NCBI GenBank assembly: GCA_029775915.1 | Contig: JARVKA010000004.1 | Span: forward strand, 130,906 to 194,905 | Reading direction: 5' to 3' | DNA: 64,000 nucleotides | From: Nitrososphaeria archaeon | Lineage (GTDB): Archaea; Thermoproteota; Nitrososphaeria; Nitrososphaerales; JANXEG01 | Notes under the pieces: generated by a model | Told to the model about the DNA's origin: nothing | What the model saw: only the letters and a program-made list of their open reading frames with translations | The model's database searches: none | Made by a program: the position numbers and the translations under genes | Shown: in pieces, positions 39,863 through 49,500 of the stretch | How the letters are laid out: every line of letters starts with the position of its first letter | Position numbering within the stretch: position 1 is the first letter of the stretch

Positions 39863-40644
39863 AAAATTTTATAAAATTCAGGCTTTCTATCAGTTAAGAA
39901 TGGGAATTTACTTCTAACATTATCAACCTCACTCAATTCTATATCACTCGTTAAAATAGTTTCAATTTCACCACTCTCAATTAAAACCTCACCCATAGGG
40001 TCAATAATCATTGAATGGCCAAAGAATTTATTATTCTCATCATTACCCACTCTATTTGTAGCTACTACAAAGATTTGATTCTCTATAGCCCTTGCCATAA
40101 GTAAATACCTCCAATGGTGCATTCTTGGGTGAGGCCATTCAGCAACTACAAATAAAATTTTAGCACCCTTTAATGCAATACTTCTTATCAATTCAGGAAA
40201 TCTAATATCATAACAAATAACTATCCCAATTTTACCGAAATTTGTTTGATAAACATCACAAGAATCTCCAGGAGTGAAATAAAGATCTTCATTCATAAGT
40301 TTGAATAAATGAATCTTTCTATAAACCCCAATAATACCATTAGGTCCGATTAGGGGGGCTGTATTATAAAATTTATTATCTTTTCTCTCTATGAATGATC
40401 CAATTATGTAAATACCATGATTAGAAGCGATATTTGATAATTGTGCAACCGTTGGACCATTTAAAGGCTCTGCAACTTTATCGATTATTTCAAGTGAATA
40501 ACCTGTCGTCCAAAGTTCTGGTAAAGTTACTATATGAGAACCACGCCTCACCGCTTCATTAATTAAGTTGATAGCATATTCTCTATTCTTATTTGGATCG
40601 CCCAATTTTATATCCATTTGAATTAAAGATATGCGAATCTTCAT
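39859..40644 (-). CDS. Carbon-nitrogen hydrolase (nitrilase-superfamily amidase)
   Basis: Glu-Lys-Cys catalytic triad contexts are present (VTLPELWTTGY, VYRKIHLF, GIVICYDIRFPE). Length is 261 aa. Confidence 0.85.
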   Translation of the reverse strand: MKIRISLIQMDIKLGDPNKNREYAINLINEAVRRGSHIVTLPELWTTGYSLEIIDKVAEPLNGPTVAQLSNIASNHGIYIIGSFIERKDNKFYNTAPLIGPNGIIGVYRKIHLFKLMNEDLYFTPGDSCDVYQTNFGKIGIVICYDIRFPELIRSIALKGAKILFVVAEWPHPRMHHWRYLLMARAIENQIFVVATNRVGNDENNKFFGHSMIIDPMGEVLIESGEIETILTSDIELSEVDNVRSKFPFLTDRKPEFYKIL

Positions 40645-41321
40645 GATTTTATTACCTCAATTTGATACTTCGTTGTTATTCTTCTATTCAATATTGGGTC
40701 ATACATAATTATCTCAAACCAATTTGAGTAAATTATCTCATTTATCAAAGTGGGTATTGTCCCAGAGAATAATACTACACCATCATCTTTAATATTAAAA
40801 GTCTTGATTAAATCCTCTACACTTAGTAAAACTTTAAGTTTCTCTCTTTGGTACAGTTTTTTCTCACCTTTCTCGATAATGTATGATTCTATAAAAATAT
40901 CATCCCAATGATTTTTAATCTCATCATAAACCCATACTTCTCTCGGTATTACTTTGCAACACATCCATTTTGAGCTTAATATATCTATTTTTTCCAACCA
41001 TCTATCGGTATGATCACTACCAACAGTTACGTAAATCCTCTTATCTTTATCAATCAGTATCACATATTCAACTTCACCAGAAGTTTTTTCATTACCAACC
41101 TCAATCTTCTCATCAAATGTAAGTAAATATGGCGCTACACGAAAAATCATTGGAACCTTACTCGGTGCAGGTACACCAATCTTTTTCAATTCTTCTATAT
41201 GCTTTCTCACTGATTCTTGATCTCTACCCGTATAACCTGCAAGCAATAACTTTTTTACCTCAAATTCTAAGCTTTTTAACCCTTCTTTTCCATTCACCAT
41301 TAAATTAATCTTTTTTATCAT
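40641..41321 (-). CDS. Conserved hypothetical protein (possibly DUF2848-like; family name recalled from memory, unverified)
   Basis: A 226-aa soluble protein with a GSDHTDR motif. It shares 4-nt overlaps with both neighbours. No function can be assigned from sequence. Confidence 0.6.
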   Translation of the reverse strand: MIKKINLMVNGKEGLKSLEFEVKKLLLAGYTGRDQESVRKHIEELKKIGVPAPSKVPMIFRVAPYLLTFDEKIEVGNEKTSGEVEYVILIDKDKRIYVTVGSDHTDRWLEKIDILSSKWMCCKVIPREVWVYDEIKNHWDDIFIESYIIEKGEKKLYQREKLKVLLSVEDLIKTFNIKDDGVVLFSGTIPTLINEIIYSNWFEIIMYDPILNRRITTKYQIEVIKS

Positions 41322-41680
41322 TTCTCTTTTCCCTTTAAACCATAATATCTAATCTCGAATGTTATGCAACCAGTTGGTGATACGTAAGGTCCATGCTTCA
41401 TACCGGGCGGTCTACATCCATACATACCTTTGGTTAAAGTTAGATTCTTCCTTTTATCGATAAGAATCCCATCCAAAATAATGATTTCTTCCCAAAAATC
41501 ATGTTCAAGCACTTTTGGAATCTCAGCACCCGGATCGAATTTAAGTAATCTTGTATAAGCTCCAGTTTCATCATCGAAACTCAAAATCTTCTCATAAACC
41601 TTTTCATAACCCTCAACCTTTCTCCATGGTATATCATCTGTATTAGAAATCTCTCTTTCTTTTTTAGCCAAATATATCAC
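41318..41680 (-). CDS. Cupin-domain protein
   Basis: 120 aa with a cupin-like two-motif pattern (LEHDFWEEIIILDG ... GMYGCRPPGMKHGP). Confidence 0.6.
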   Translation of the reverse strand: MIYLAKKEREISNTDDIPWRKVEGYEKVYEKILSFDDETGAYTRLLKFDPGAEIPKVLEHDFWEEIIILDGILIDKRKNLTLTKGMYGCRPPGMKHGPYVSPTGCITFEIRYYGLKGKEK

Positions 41681-41754
41681 CTAGAAAGCAAAGTTTTGAG
41701 TAATATTTAAACGATACTAAATTTTAATATTGAGTGCATTAAAAGGGTGACTCA

Positions 41755-42549
41755 TTGTCTAAAGAAATGACAATGCTGGAGCATTTGGAGGAGTTGAGAA
41801 ATAGATTAATAAAGATAATGGCTGCATTAGTTATAATCTTTATTATCACTTTTGGTTTTAGAATACAAGAGTATAAGATTGGAGAATCAACCATTCTCTT
41901 CCTTTATCCAGATGTTTACAATAATCTTGCAATGCAAGTTGTGAATAAAATTAAGACTGATGTCGTTCCCGAATATGTTCAAATAATCGTAACTACTCCC
42001 CAACAAGCATTTTTATCAGCAGTATACGTTGCAATTTTTTTAAGTATTTTAATCGGCATGCCTATTATAGTTTATGAAATAGGTGCTTTTATAAATCCTG
42101 CATTATACCCTCATGAGAAAAAGTTGATTCTCGCACTATTAGGCCCTGCAACAATTTTATTCGCTGCTGGTTGTATATTTTCATATATTTATGTAATACC
42201 TTGGGCATTCGCTTTTCTTTATCGCTATGCGATTAGCTTTGAAGCTATGACTACGATAACATTAGATAGTCTTATTAATTTCGTTCTTTTATTCCTCTTC
42301 GCATTCGGCATTGCCTTTCAATTACCCATCGTCATGTATTTATTAACAAAAATGGAGGTTGTTGAGCCAAGTTTTTGGAGAAATAATATTCGAATAGCGA
42401 TTGTAGCTATAGTAATTTTTGGAGCAATAATCACACCAGACGGTAGTGGTATAACTATGTGGTTCGTTGCTTTACCTATGATTCTACTTTATGGTGCTGG
42501 TTATCTCTTCATAAAGTATAGAATCAAGGGAAGAACTTCTTCATCTTAA
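41755..42549 (+). CDS. tatC: Twin-arginine translocase subunit TatC
   Basis: N-terminal MLEHLEELRNRLI motif, six TM helices and ~260 aa. TTG start, or a nearby ATG at 41767 or 41773. Confidence 0.9.
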   Translation: MSKEMTMLEHLEELRNRLIKIMAALVIIFIITFGFRIQEYKIGESTILFLYPDVYNNLAMQVVNKIKTDVVPEYVQIIVTTPQQAFLSAVYVAIFLSILIGMPIIVYEIGAFINPALYPHEKKLILALLGPATILFAAGCIFSYIYVIPWAFAFLYRYAISFEAMTTITLDSLINFVLLFLFAFGIAFQLPIVMYLLTKMEVVEPSFWRNNIRIAIVAIVIFGAIITPDGSGITMWFVALPMILLYGAGYLFIKYRIKGRTSSS

Positions 42550-42593
42550 GATAATTGATCATGCATTCATAAAGATTGAAATAATAAATATTA

Positions 42594-43025
42594 ATGCATA
42601 TATATTGGAGAGCTCATATCAACATATGGCGGGCTAAAATGCAAGATTTAATTTTACAAATCTTTGGTTTACAAGGATGGGAATGGGTAATTATTTTATT
42701 TGTTGTCCTCCTTCTTTTCGGTTCAAAAAAAGTCCCCGAACTCGCTCGAAATCTTGGAAAAGCGGTAAGTGAGTTCCAAAGAGGTAAGGCAGAGTTTGAG
42801 CGCCAACTAATGGAGGTAACAACTTTAACCACACCATCATCACCTCCCCCATCCACTTCTAAAATCGAATCTACACAAAAAACTCAAGAGAGTCAAGTAA
42901 TTCGAGAAGTAACGGAGAGTGAGAGATTATTAAAAATTGCACAAGAGTTAGGAATAGCAACTGAGGGTAAGACTAGTGAGCAATTAAAGGAAGAGATTAA
43001 GAAGGCATTGGAGAATTTAAAATAA
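42594..43025 (+). CDS. tatA: Twin-arginine translocase subunit TatA/E (paralog 2)
   Basis: WEWVIILFVVLLLFGSKKVPELARNLGKAVSEFQRGK. The likely true start is the ATG at 42639 (MQDLILQIFGLQGWEW). Confidence 0.8.
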   Translation: MHIYWRAHINIWRAKMQDLILQIFGLQGWEWVIILFVVLLLFGSKKVPELARNLGKAVSEFQRGKAEFERQLMEVTTLTTPSSPPPSTSKIESTQKTQESQVIREVTESERLLKIAQELGIATEGKTSEQLKEEIKKALENLK

Positions 43026-43163
43026 TGTAAATCTAATCGAATAATGAATAGTTAAGATTAACGTGAGTATATTTAACCTTAATAGCTTTTATAGCAATAA
43101 TCTTCATTAAAGTGCTTTACATTAGAAATAAGTTAATAACTCTTTAATTATTTTAATAATGCT

Positions 43164-43724
43164 GTGAATACTCTTCATTCTCAATTAGTTTATATTGAAA
43201 ATACTTTTAAGAGTTTGAGATGGGCGATTTTTGCTGGAGCGGCAGCATACATTTATGGTAGTGGTAGAATGGTAACTGATATTGATATATTAATCCATAA
43301 TGATGATTTATTAAAAGCTTCTCAATTACTTCAAGAGCCTATTAAAAATAAGATATCTATTACTGATAAAGTGAAAATGGAAGCTTCAATAATATCCATA
43401 GGGCAAATAGAGATAGTAGCAAATATTAAGATGCAGATTAATGATAAGTTTTGTTCATTCTTTATGGATGATGAAATGATAGCAAGAATTCATTGGAGAG
43501 AATTTCTTGGTATTAAAGTGCCTATAATATCGATTGAGGATAATATTGTGTTTAAAGCAATTTTACAAAGGGGTATAGAAATGGGTAAACACGATGTGGA
43601 TGATATTCGTAACATGATAAAAAAGAATGTGATTGATTTGGATTATTTATTGAAGAGGGTGAAAAAGATAGGGGTTGAGGATAGAGTTATACCTTTTTTA
43701 AAGCCATTTATTTATCAATCTTGA
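43164..43724 (+). CDS. Minimal nucleotidyltransferase-fold protein (Pol-beta superfamily, AbiEii/MNT-like)
   Basis: G[SG]...D.D pattern (AAYIYGSGRMVTDIDILIHNDD). 186 aa. GTG start. The sub-family is uncertain. Confidence 0.5.
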   Translation: MNTLHSQLVYIENTFKSLRWAIFAGAAAYIYGSGRMVTDIDILIHNDDLLKASQLLQEPIKNKISITDKVKMEASIISIGQIEIVANIKMQINDKFCSFFMDDEMIARIHWREFLGIKVPIISIEDNIVFKAILQRGIEMGKHDVDDIRNMIKKNVIDLDYLLKRVKKIGVEDRVIPFLKPFIYQS

Positions 43725-43808
43725 GAAATTATTTAATGAGAAGTAGCACTACAATAAACAATTTTAATCGTTAAAGCAAATATATTATGCAATCTTATTT
43801 AATTTAAA

Positions 43809-44246
43809 ATGGATAAAGAAAGTAAACGTGAAAAGATTGAGTATGAGTTAAGAGGTAAGACCCTTCAAGTATATTTGTATATGTTGAATAAAGGTGAGCC
43901 TATTGGTGTTAGAGAGATACAAAGGAGTTTAGGATTCTCTAGCCCTAGTGTAGCATACCATCATATAAATAAGTTGGAGTCTTTAGGCATTGTGAAAAAG
44001 GATGAGTATGGTCGATATATTCTAGTGGAGAATGTAGATATAGGAGTGTTACAAGCCTTTATTAAGATTGGTAAATTCACCCTCCCTCGCCTCTCATTTT
44101 ACGCTACTTTCTTCACCACACTCTTTATAATTTATCTTATTCAATATCTCAATTCTGCTAATCTTCATGCTTTAAGCTTTTCTCTTGTAAGTGCTATAGC
44201 ATTTTGGTATGAGGCAATAAGAGCATGGAGAAAGAAGCCGTTCTAA
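43809..44246 (+). CDS. Membrane-anchored winged-helix DNA-binding protein
   Basis: N-terminal wHTH (IGVREIQRSLGFSSPSVAYHHINKLESLGIVKKDEYGRYIL) followed by two hydrophobic helices (LSFYATFFTTLFIIYLIQYL; LSFSLVSAIAFWY). Confidence 0.6.
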   Translation: MDKESKREKIEYELRGKTLQVYLYMLNKGEPIGVREIQRSLGFSSPSVAYHHINKLESLGIVKKDEYGRYILVENVDIGVLQAFIKIGKFTLPRLSFYATFFTTLFIIYLIQYLNSANLHALSFSLVSAIAFWYEAIRAWRKKPF

Positions 44247-44289
44247 ACTTTAGAATTAATAACTTGTGCTAATAAATAAGTGATGGATA

Positions 44290-44673
44290 ATGGTAAAATA
44301 TTTAAAAAATTTAATGAGTATATTTTTAGGTATAATTTTAGCGTTAAGCTTTGTAATAAGCTTAAATTATTTAAGTTATTATTTCTCGCCTCAAACCTTA
44401 ACTTCTGAAGTTTATAAATTCGATAATCGCACTAAAATGCCAGAGATACTTGCTCATAAATATTCACCAGCACCCAAATCTCCATTAAATACCACAAGAG
44501 CCCCTTCATTTAATGGGGTAATGGATATTACGAAAAGAGAGCAGTTAAATTTAGCAAATATAATGCATACGAGTCCTTATCTATTAATAATTCATTTAAT
44601 GCCTTTTTTCATAGCTTTTATTATCGGTTTAAGTGTATATATTCTCATAAAGAAGTATAAAAATAAACTTTAA
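44290..44673 (+). CDS. Hypothetical bitopic membrane protein
   Basis: 127 aa with TM helices at both ends and a Pro/Ser-rich middle. No recognisable family. Confidence 0.45.
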   Translation: MVKYLKNLMSIFLGIILALSFVISLNYLSYYFSPQTLTSEVYKFDNRTKMPEILAHKYSPAPKSPLNTTRAPSFNGVMDITKREQLNLANIMHTSPYLLIIHLMPFFIAFIIGLSVYILIKKYKNKL

Positions 44674-44725
44674 AAAGAAAACTAAAATCTAAATTGATTA
44701 ATATTTCCCACTATTCTCGAGCTTT

Positions 44726-45223
44726 TTAAATCTTAATCTTCAGCTTTTTCAAACTTAATTCGGTCCATCTTTTAGCCAATTCATCTCTCATTGGTTTATA
44801 CACTTCCTCATAAAACCTTCTTTGAGATAAAAGTATAGCATGATCATACATGCTCACGATTTTTAAAGCCTCTTTCCATGCCTCATGAAAACTTTCTCCA
44901 AATCTCGACTCAATCTGCTTGTAAAAATCTTTCTCAGTTAATATTTTACCACCAATCGTAAAGTATAACTTGCCTTCACGCACTTCTTTAAAGGCGATCT
45001 CATCACCTAAGCGATAAACATCAATCTCCTCTCCAATTTTAGCCCTTTGATACTCTGCAGTCATTGGAGAAGTTCCTTTAAAGCCTCGCTTAGCAGCAGC
45101 ATAAAAAATAGCTCGATTCAAGCCCCAACTCTTTGCCGATTCCTCAGGCATGCCTAAAATGAATGCTCTAGCAGCTTGAAGAATAGCCATAACTTGAAAA
45201 CGTCCTATAACCAATTTAACCAC
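44726..45223 (-). CDS. Hypothetical soluble protein
   Basis: 165 aa with no TM segments and no motif I recognise. It lies on the same strand, 98 nt downstream of scpB. Confidence 0.5.
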   Translation of the reverse strand: MVKLVIGRFQVMAILQAARAFILGMPEESAKSWGLNRAIFYAAAKRGFKGTSPMTAEYQRAKIGEEIDVYRLGDEIAFKEVREGKLYFTIGGKILTEKDFYKQIESRFGESFHEAWKEALKIVSMYDHAILLSQRRFYEEVYKPMRDELAKRWTELSLKKLKIKI

Positions 45224-45321
45224 TTTTTATTTCCAAAAACTCTCTTTTAAATTAATAGCTTTATTTTTAATCATTAAGCGCTATTTAAAAATTAAGCTCA
45301 TTTCAAAAAATGAGAAATGTA

Positions 45322-45861
45322 TTATTTTGTTATATTAGTTGTGATTTTTCCAAATTTTATTCTCGCCAATTGTTGCTTGAGAATATTTAAATCTCTACTC
45401 AACCCAAAGTAATCGGAAAATGCAGCTGTAGTTTTGTAAATGTAAGTTCTGCCTGAACGCTCTCCAATTATAAAGCCTAAATCCTCAAGTAATTTTAAAT
45501 GATGGTATACTTGTGAGCCTCTTTGAGCAACCAAATCTTGACTTGAAATCGGTTGAAAATACGCTATGTATGACAAGGTTTTTAAAATGGCTGGTGGTAA
45601 GAGGGGTTTCGTAGAAAACTTTTTAGCGATTTTATTAAACTCAGGCTTGAGTTGCATAACAAATTTATGATCATGTAACTCAACTATCTCAATAGAGCTT
45701 AATGTGGAGTTGATTAAATTTGCTAAAGAGCGGGTGATATTAATCGCTTTGCGCTTCGATTTTATACCAGCAGCCTTTGCTAACTCTTCTGGAGAAAGTG
45801 GTCTTCCTGAGGCGTAAAGTGCAGCTTCGATACGCGCTCTTATCTCTTTCTCATTATTCAT
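45322..45861 (-). CDS. scpB: Segregation and condensation protein B
   Basis: IEAALYASGRPLSPEELAK is the N-terminal ScpB signature, with two winged-helix halves. It follows scpA after a 3-nt gap. Confidence 0.8.
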   Translation of the reverse strand: MNNEKEIRARIEAALYASGRPLSPEELAKAAGIKSKRKAINITRSLANLINSTLSSIEIVELHDHKFVMQLKPEFNKIAKKFSTKPLLPPAILKTLSYIAYFQPISSQDLVAQRGSQVYHHLKLLEDLGFIIGERSGRTYIYKTTAAFSDYFGLSRDLNILKQQLARIKFGKITTNITK

Positions 45862-45864
45862 AAA

Positions 45865-46518
45865 TCAACACCTCAAAATCTTTATATCATCCTCAAATTG
45901 CTCCAATCGAATAATCCCATCATTTGCTAAAAATAATAATAAGATGAGGGTTCTCATTACCTCACTCAATGTGAATCCTTGAGTATATTCACTGAAAAGA
46001 ATTTCGCCAACTTCATTAAGTTTATTCATCAAACTCTCTTTAAATGATATGAGTTTCTCTTGAATATATGCAACGAATGGATCGACTTTAATTAGGGGTT
46101 CGAGCTCAATTAACTCACCTTCAGATTTTACTTTTCTCTCTTTTTGTGAAAGTATTTCCTTAAGGATTTTTTCTAAAGCTTTAATTAAATCCTCAATCGT
46201 TGTTGAAGCCAATTCGTATCTAAAAGGCATTGATAATATTTGAGGGGGTTCAATTATCATTGTTGCAGGTTTTCGCTCCACCTTTAGTTTATCGAATAAA
46301 AATAAAGCTTCTACTTTTAATCGATAAATAATGGCTGATGTTAAAGCAGCGGAGGCGCAAAGCCTCATATCCAAAGGCTCAATCTCTTCCAATACCTTAA
46401 GTAATGTGTCCAAAAGGCTTTTAAGATCAATCTCCCAAATTTTTCGATTTTTAATCGCTCCAAGATTTACCAATATATTTAAAGGCGGTTTAGATAAAAA
46501 TTGCCTTACATTATCCAC
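45865..46518 (-). CDS. scpA: Segregation and condensation protein A (kleisin)
   Basis: Its size (217 aa), position between smc and scpB, 8-nt overlap with the smc stop, and C-terminal winged-helix-like LLLFLANDGIIRLEQ all fit ScpA. Confidence 0.7.
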   Translation of the reverse strand: MDNVRQFLSKPPLNILVNLGAIKNRKIWEIDLKSLLDTLLKVLEEIEPLDMRLCASAALTSAIIYRLKVEALFLFDKLKVERKPATMIIEPPQILSMPFRYELASTTIEDLIKALEKILKEILSQKERKVKSEGELIELEPLIKVDPFVAYIQEKLISFKESLMNKLNEVGEILFSEYTQGFTLSEVMRTLILLLFLANDGIIRLEQFEDDIKILRC

Positions 46519-49500
46519 TCTTTACAATCACCTCTACACTCGGCTTATACTTTACAACTTTAGAAATACCATTCTCTATATATACGCCATAAATCAGAGA
46601 CGATCTCGACATTATCGATTCTCTTAATGTAATAATTATAATTTGACAATCTCTTGCTCTCTCCTTTAACAATTCAGCCAATCTTTCACTATTCACCAAA
46701 TCTAAATGTGCATCAATTTCATCAAATAGGTAAAAAGGTGATGGGTAAACGGATTGAATAGCCAAAATAAATGCGAGCGCAGAAACGGTTTTCTCACCAC
46801 CACTAGTTGAGCTCGATTCCCTTGGAGCTTTACCAAGAAACTCTGTCATTAAAAAGATACCGCCAGAAAAGATCTCATCGGGATTCTCAATCTCTAACCA
46901 CGCTTTACCACCAGTTAACTTTGTAAATATAGAGCGCAACTCTCGATCGATTTTACTATAAGTGTCTAAAAAGACTCTTTTCTTCTCAGCTTCAATACTC
47001 TCAATAAACTTTACAATCGCATCCCTTTCCATCTCCAATTGATTCTTTCTTAAAGAAAGATTCTTATAATTGATAAAAACATCTTTATAGCTACGATCAG
47101 CCAATAAATTCACATTGTACCTTAATTGCTCATACTCCAAATTTAATTGCTTTAAAATCAACTCTGCACCATCGAATACTTCAATGGGTGCATTATAGCC
47201 AAGTAGGCTTAATTCATCTATAAAGCGCCTTTCAGCTTCTAAAAGCTTATCCAAACTCTTCTCCGCATTTATTCTCTCCCTCTCCAAATTAAGAAATGAT
47301 TTCTTTAACTCTTCTTCCTCACTCTTTAAAATCTTTAACCTTTCCTCAAAACTCTCTAAAATTGGGCGTGACTTTTTTGAAGATTCAATTATATTAGCTT
47401 CCTCACTCTTTAATGCATTAAGCTTACTTGATAACTCATGAATCTTAATCTCACTCTCCTTTAAAAATCTCAATTTCTCCTCTTTTTCATTCTTTAATTG
47501 CTCAATCTCTTTATTTACTCTATCAAAACTTGGTTGAAGATTGTGATTTAAATTACCAATCTCCTTAGTTAATTGTGTATGTACCTCTCCGATTTGAATA
47601 GAGGTGTTATTTATGAATTCAGTATAAAATGATTTCTTCTTTTCTAAAGAAGCTAATTCTTCCTTTAATTTATCCAAATTCAAATCTAATATTCTTTTAT
47701 TACAAAGTTTAATCCTATCAATAATAAATGATTGATAATTTTCTAACTTTGAAATTCTTTTCTCTACTCTATTTAATACAGTTTTAGTTTGAGCTATTTT
47801 TTTATCTACAACCCTTTTTAACTTACCATATTTTTTAATTAACTTAGAGAAGTTGATTAAATCAGCTGTTAAACGCTCCATATGTAAAGCTCTTTTCATC
47901 ATCTCCTTTTCAAGTTCTTTAGAGCGCTTTTCCAATCTTTGTAAATCGAGCTTCCTTTTTGTAATGAGCTTTTTGAGTGATGTGAGCGCTTCTTTAACAG
48001 TTGAGAATGATTTCTCATCCCCAATCAATCCTATAATTTGGCTCAACTTTTTGATTAAGCCCGTTTCAAAAGCCATTGCTTTTGGTTCGAATACATCACC
48101 ATTAATTGAGACACTTTTAAAACCTCTTGATGCAACTATGTATGCAGAGCGTGTAGAATCCACAAGGATTGTATCCCCAAAGATAAAGTTTACTAAACCA
48201 ATGAAATCCTTATCAACTTTAATAACATCAGCCAAAACACCGATAACACCATCAACATTTGGAGGGTTCACTTTAGACGTGTCTGAGACCTCGCTAAGTG
48301 GAATGATAGTTAAGCGCCCAATTTTAAATCTCCTTATCAACTCAGCCGCTTTTAACATAGCATTTATATCCTTTACAATAGCGCTTTTCATCCACTTTTT
48401 ACCAATGGCTAAAACCGCTTTCTCATATTGGTGCTCATAAGATATAAGATTCTCAAATTTATCGATGAATCCATCTATTAAACCAGCATCAGCTAACTCC
48501 TTTAACTTTTGAAAGGCCAATTCTTCAATTAAAACTTGCTCAACAACGGATTTTTGTGAATCATACTTTATTACAGTCCCTCTAACCTTTTCCAATATGG
48601 TTGTTGCGCTTTCAATCTCATTCTCCAATCTCTCTTTAATTTTTAATAAGTTAGATATAGATTCATTGAGTCGATTTATCGATTCAATATCATTCTTCTT
48701 TAAATTCTCTAACTCTTTGATATTAGCTTCTAATTGATTTAAAGTATTTGAGAATGAATTCGATTTATCTTGCAATACTTTCAATCTCTCATTTATTATA
48801 TTTTGATTATTGCGTAAAGCTTCAATCTTCATATTTATAGATCTTTGAATTTCATCATACTTTGATAAACGCTGCTTTAATAATTCTAATCGCTTATTTA
48901 ATCGAGATATTCGATCTTTAAGCCTTTTAATACCATTTTGTATCTTTATAGACTCTTTCTCAGCCTCTTTTTTAGCCTTCTCTAAATCCTTAAGTGTTAT
49001 TTTTAATTGATCAATTTTTTGCTTACTCCCTTCAATCTCTTTTAATAAATTCTCACTCGTTTTTTGAAGATTCGGTAAAGTTTCATCAATCCTTGATATA
49101 ATTCTTTGAGCATTCTCCACATCTGAATTTAGCCTATTTAATTCATTGGTAATTTTAACAATCTCAAATTCTATTTCAAGTTGCTTACCACTCGGACCCT
49201 CCATAACTGTTGATATGAATTGATTCCGCTCATTCTCTAAATTTTGAATATTACTCTTTAAATCTGAAATTTTTCTTTGAATTTCCTCTAACCTTATTAA
49301 ACACTCCTTGATTACTTGTTTTTGCTTATCTATCTTTTCACGTGTATTAATTAAATTTTTTGATGCTAAAACAGCTTTTAACCACTTAATTTCATTCTCA
49401 AGTTGCTTTAATCTAAGTTGATCATTCCTCTCTTCTTCTAATGACTCTACTCTACTCTTTATTTCATTAATTCTAGCCATAGCTACTTGAAGCTTCATAT

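Noticed and set aside
47853-48440. A 195-aa plus-strand ORF, plus similar antisense ORFs at 954..1163, 1237..1419, 3106..3478, 4118..4477, 5210..6603, 17330..17614, 21425..21661, 29223..29656, 39336..39626, 42614..42856, 46331..46627, 50807..51073, 52230..52538, 53017..54013, 58840..59022, 60820..61053 and 62687..62875.
   Set aside because: All are fully embedded antisense or out-of-frame within strongly supported genes (smc, mscS, xpf, lhr, carB and others). They have low-complexity or odd composition and no motifs.
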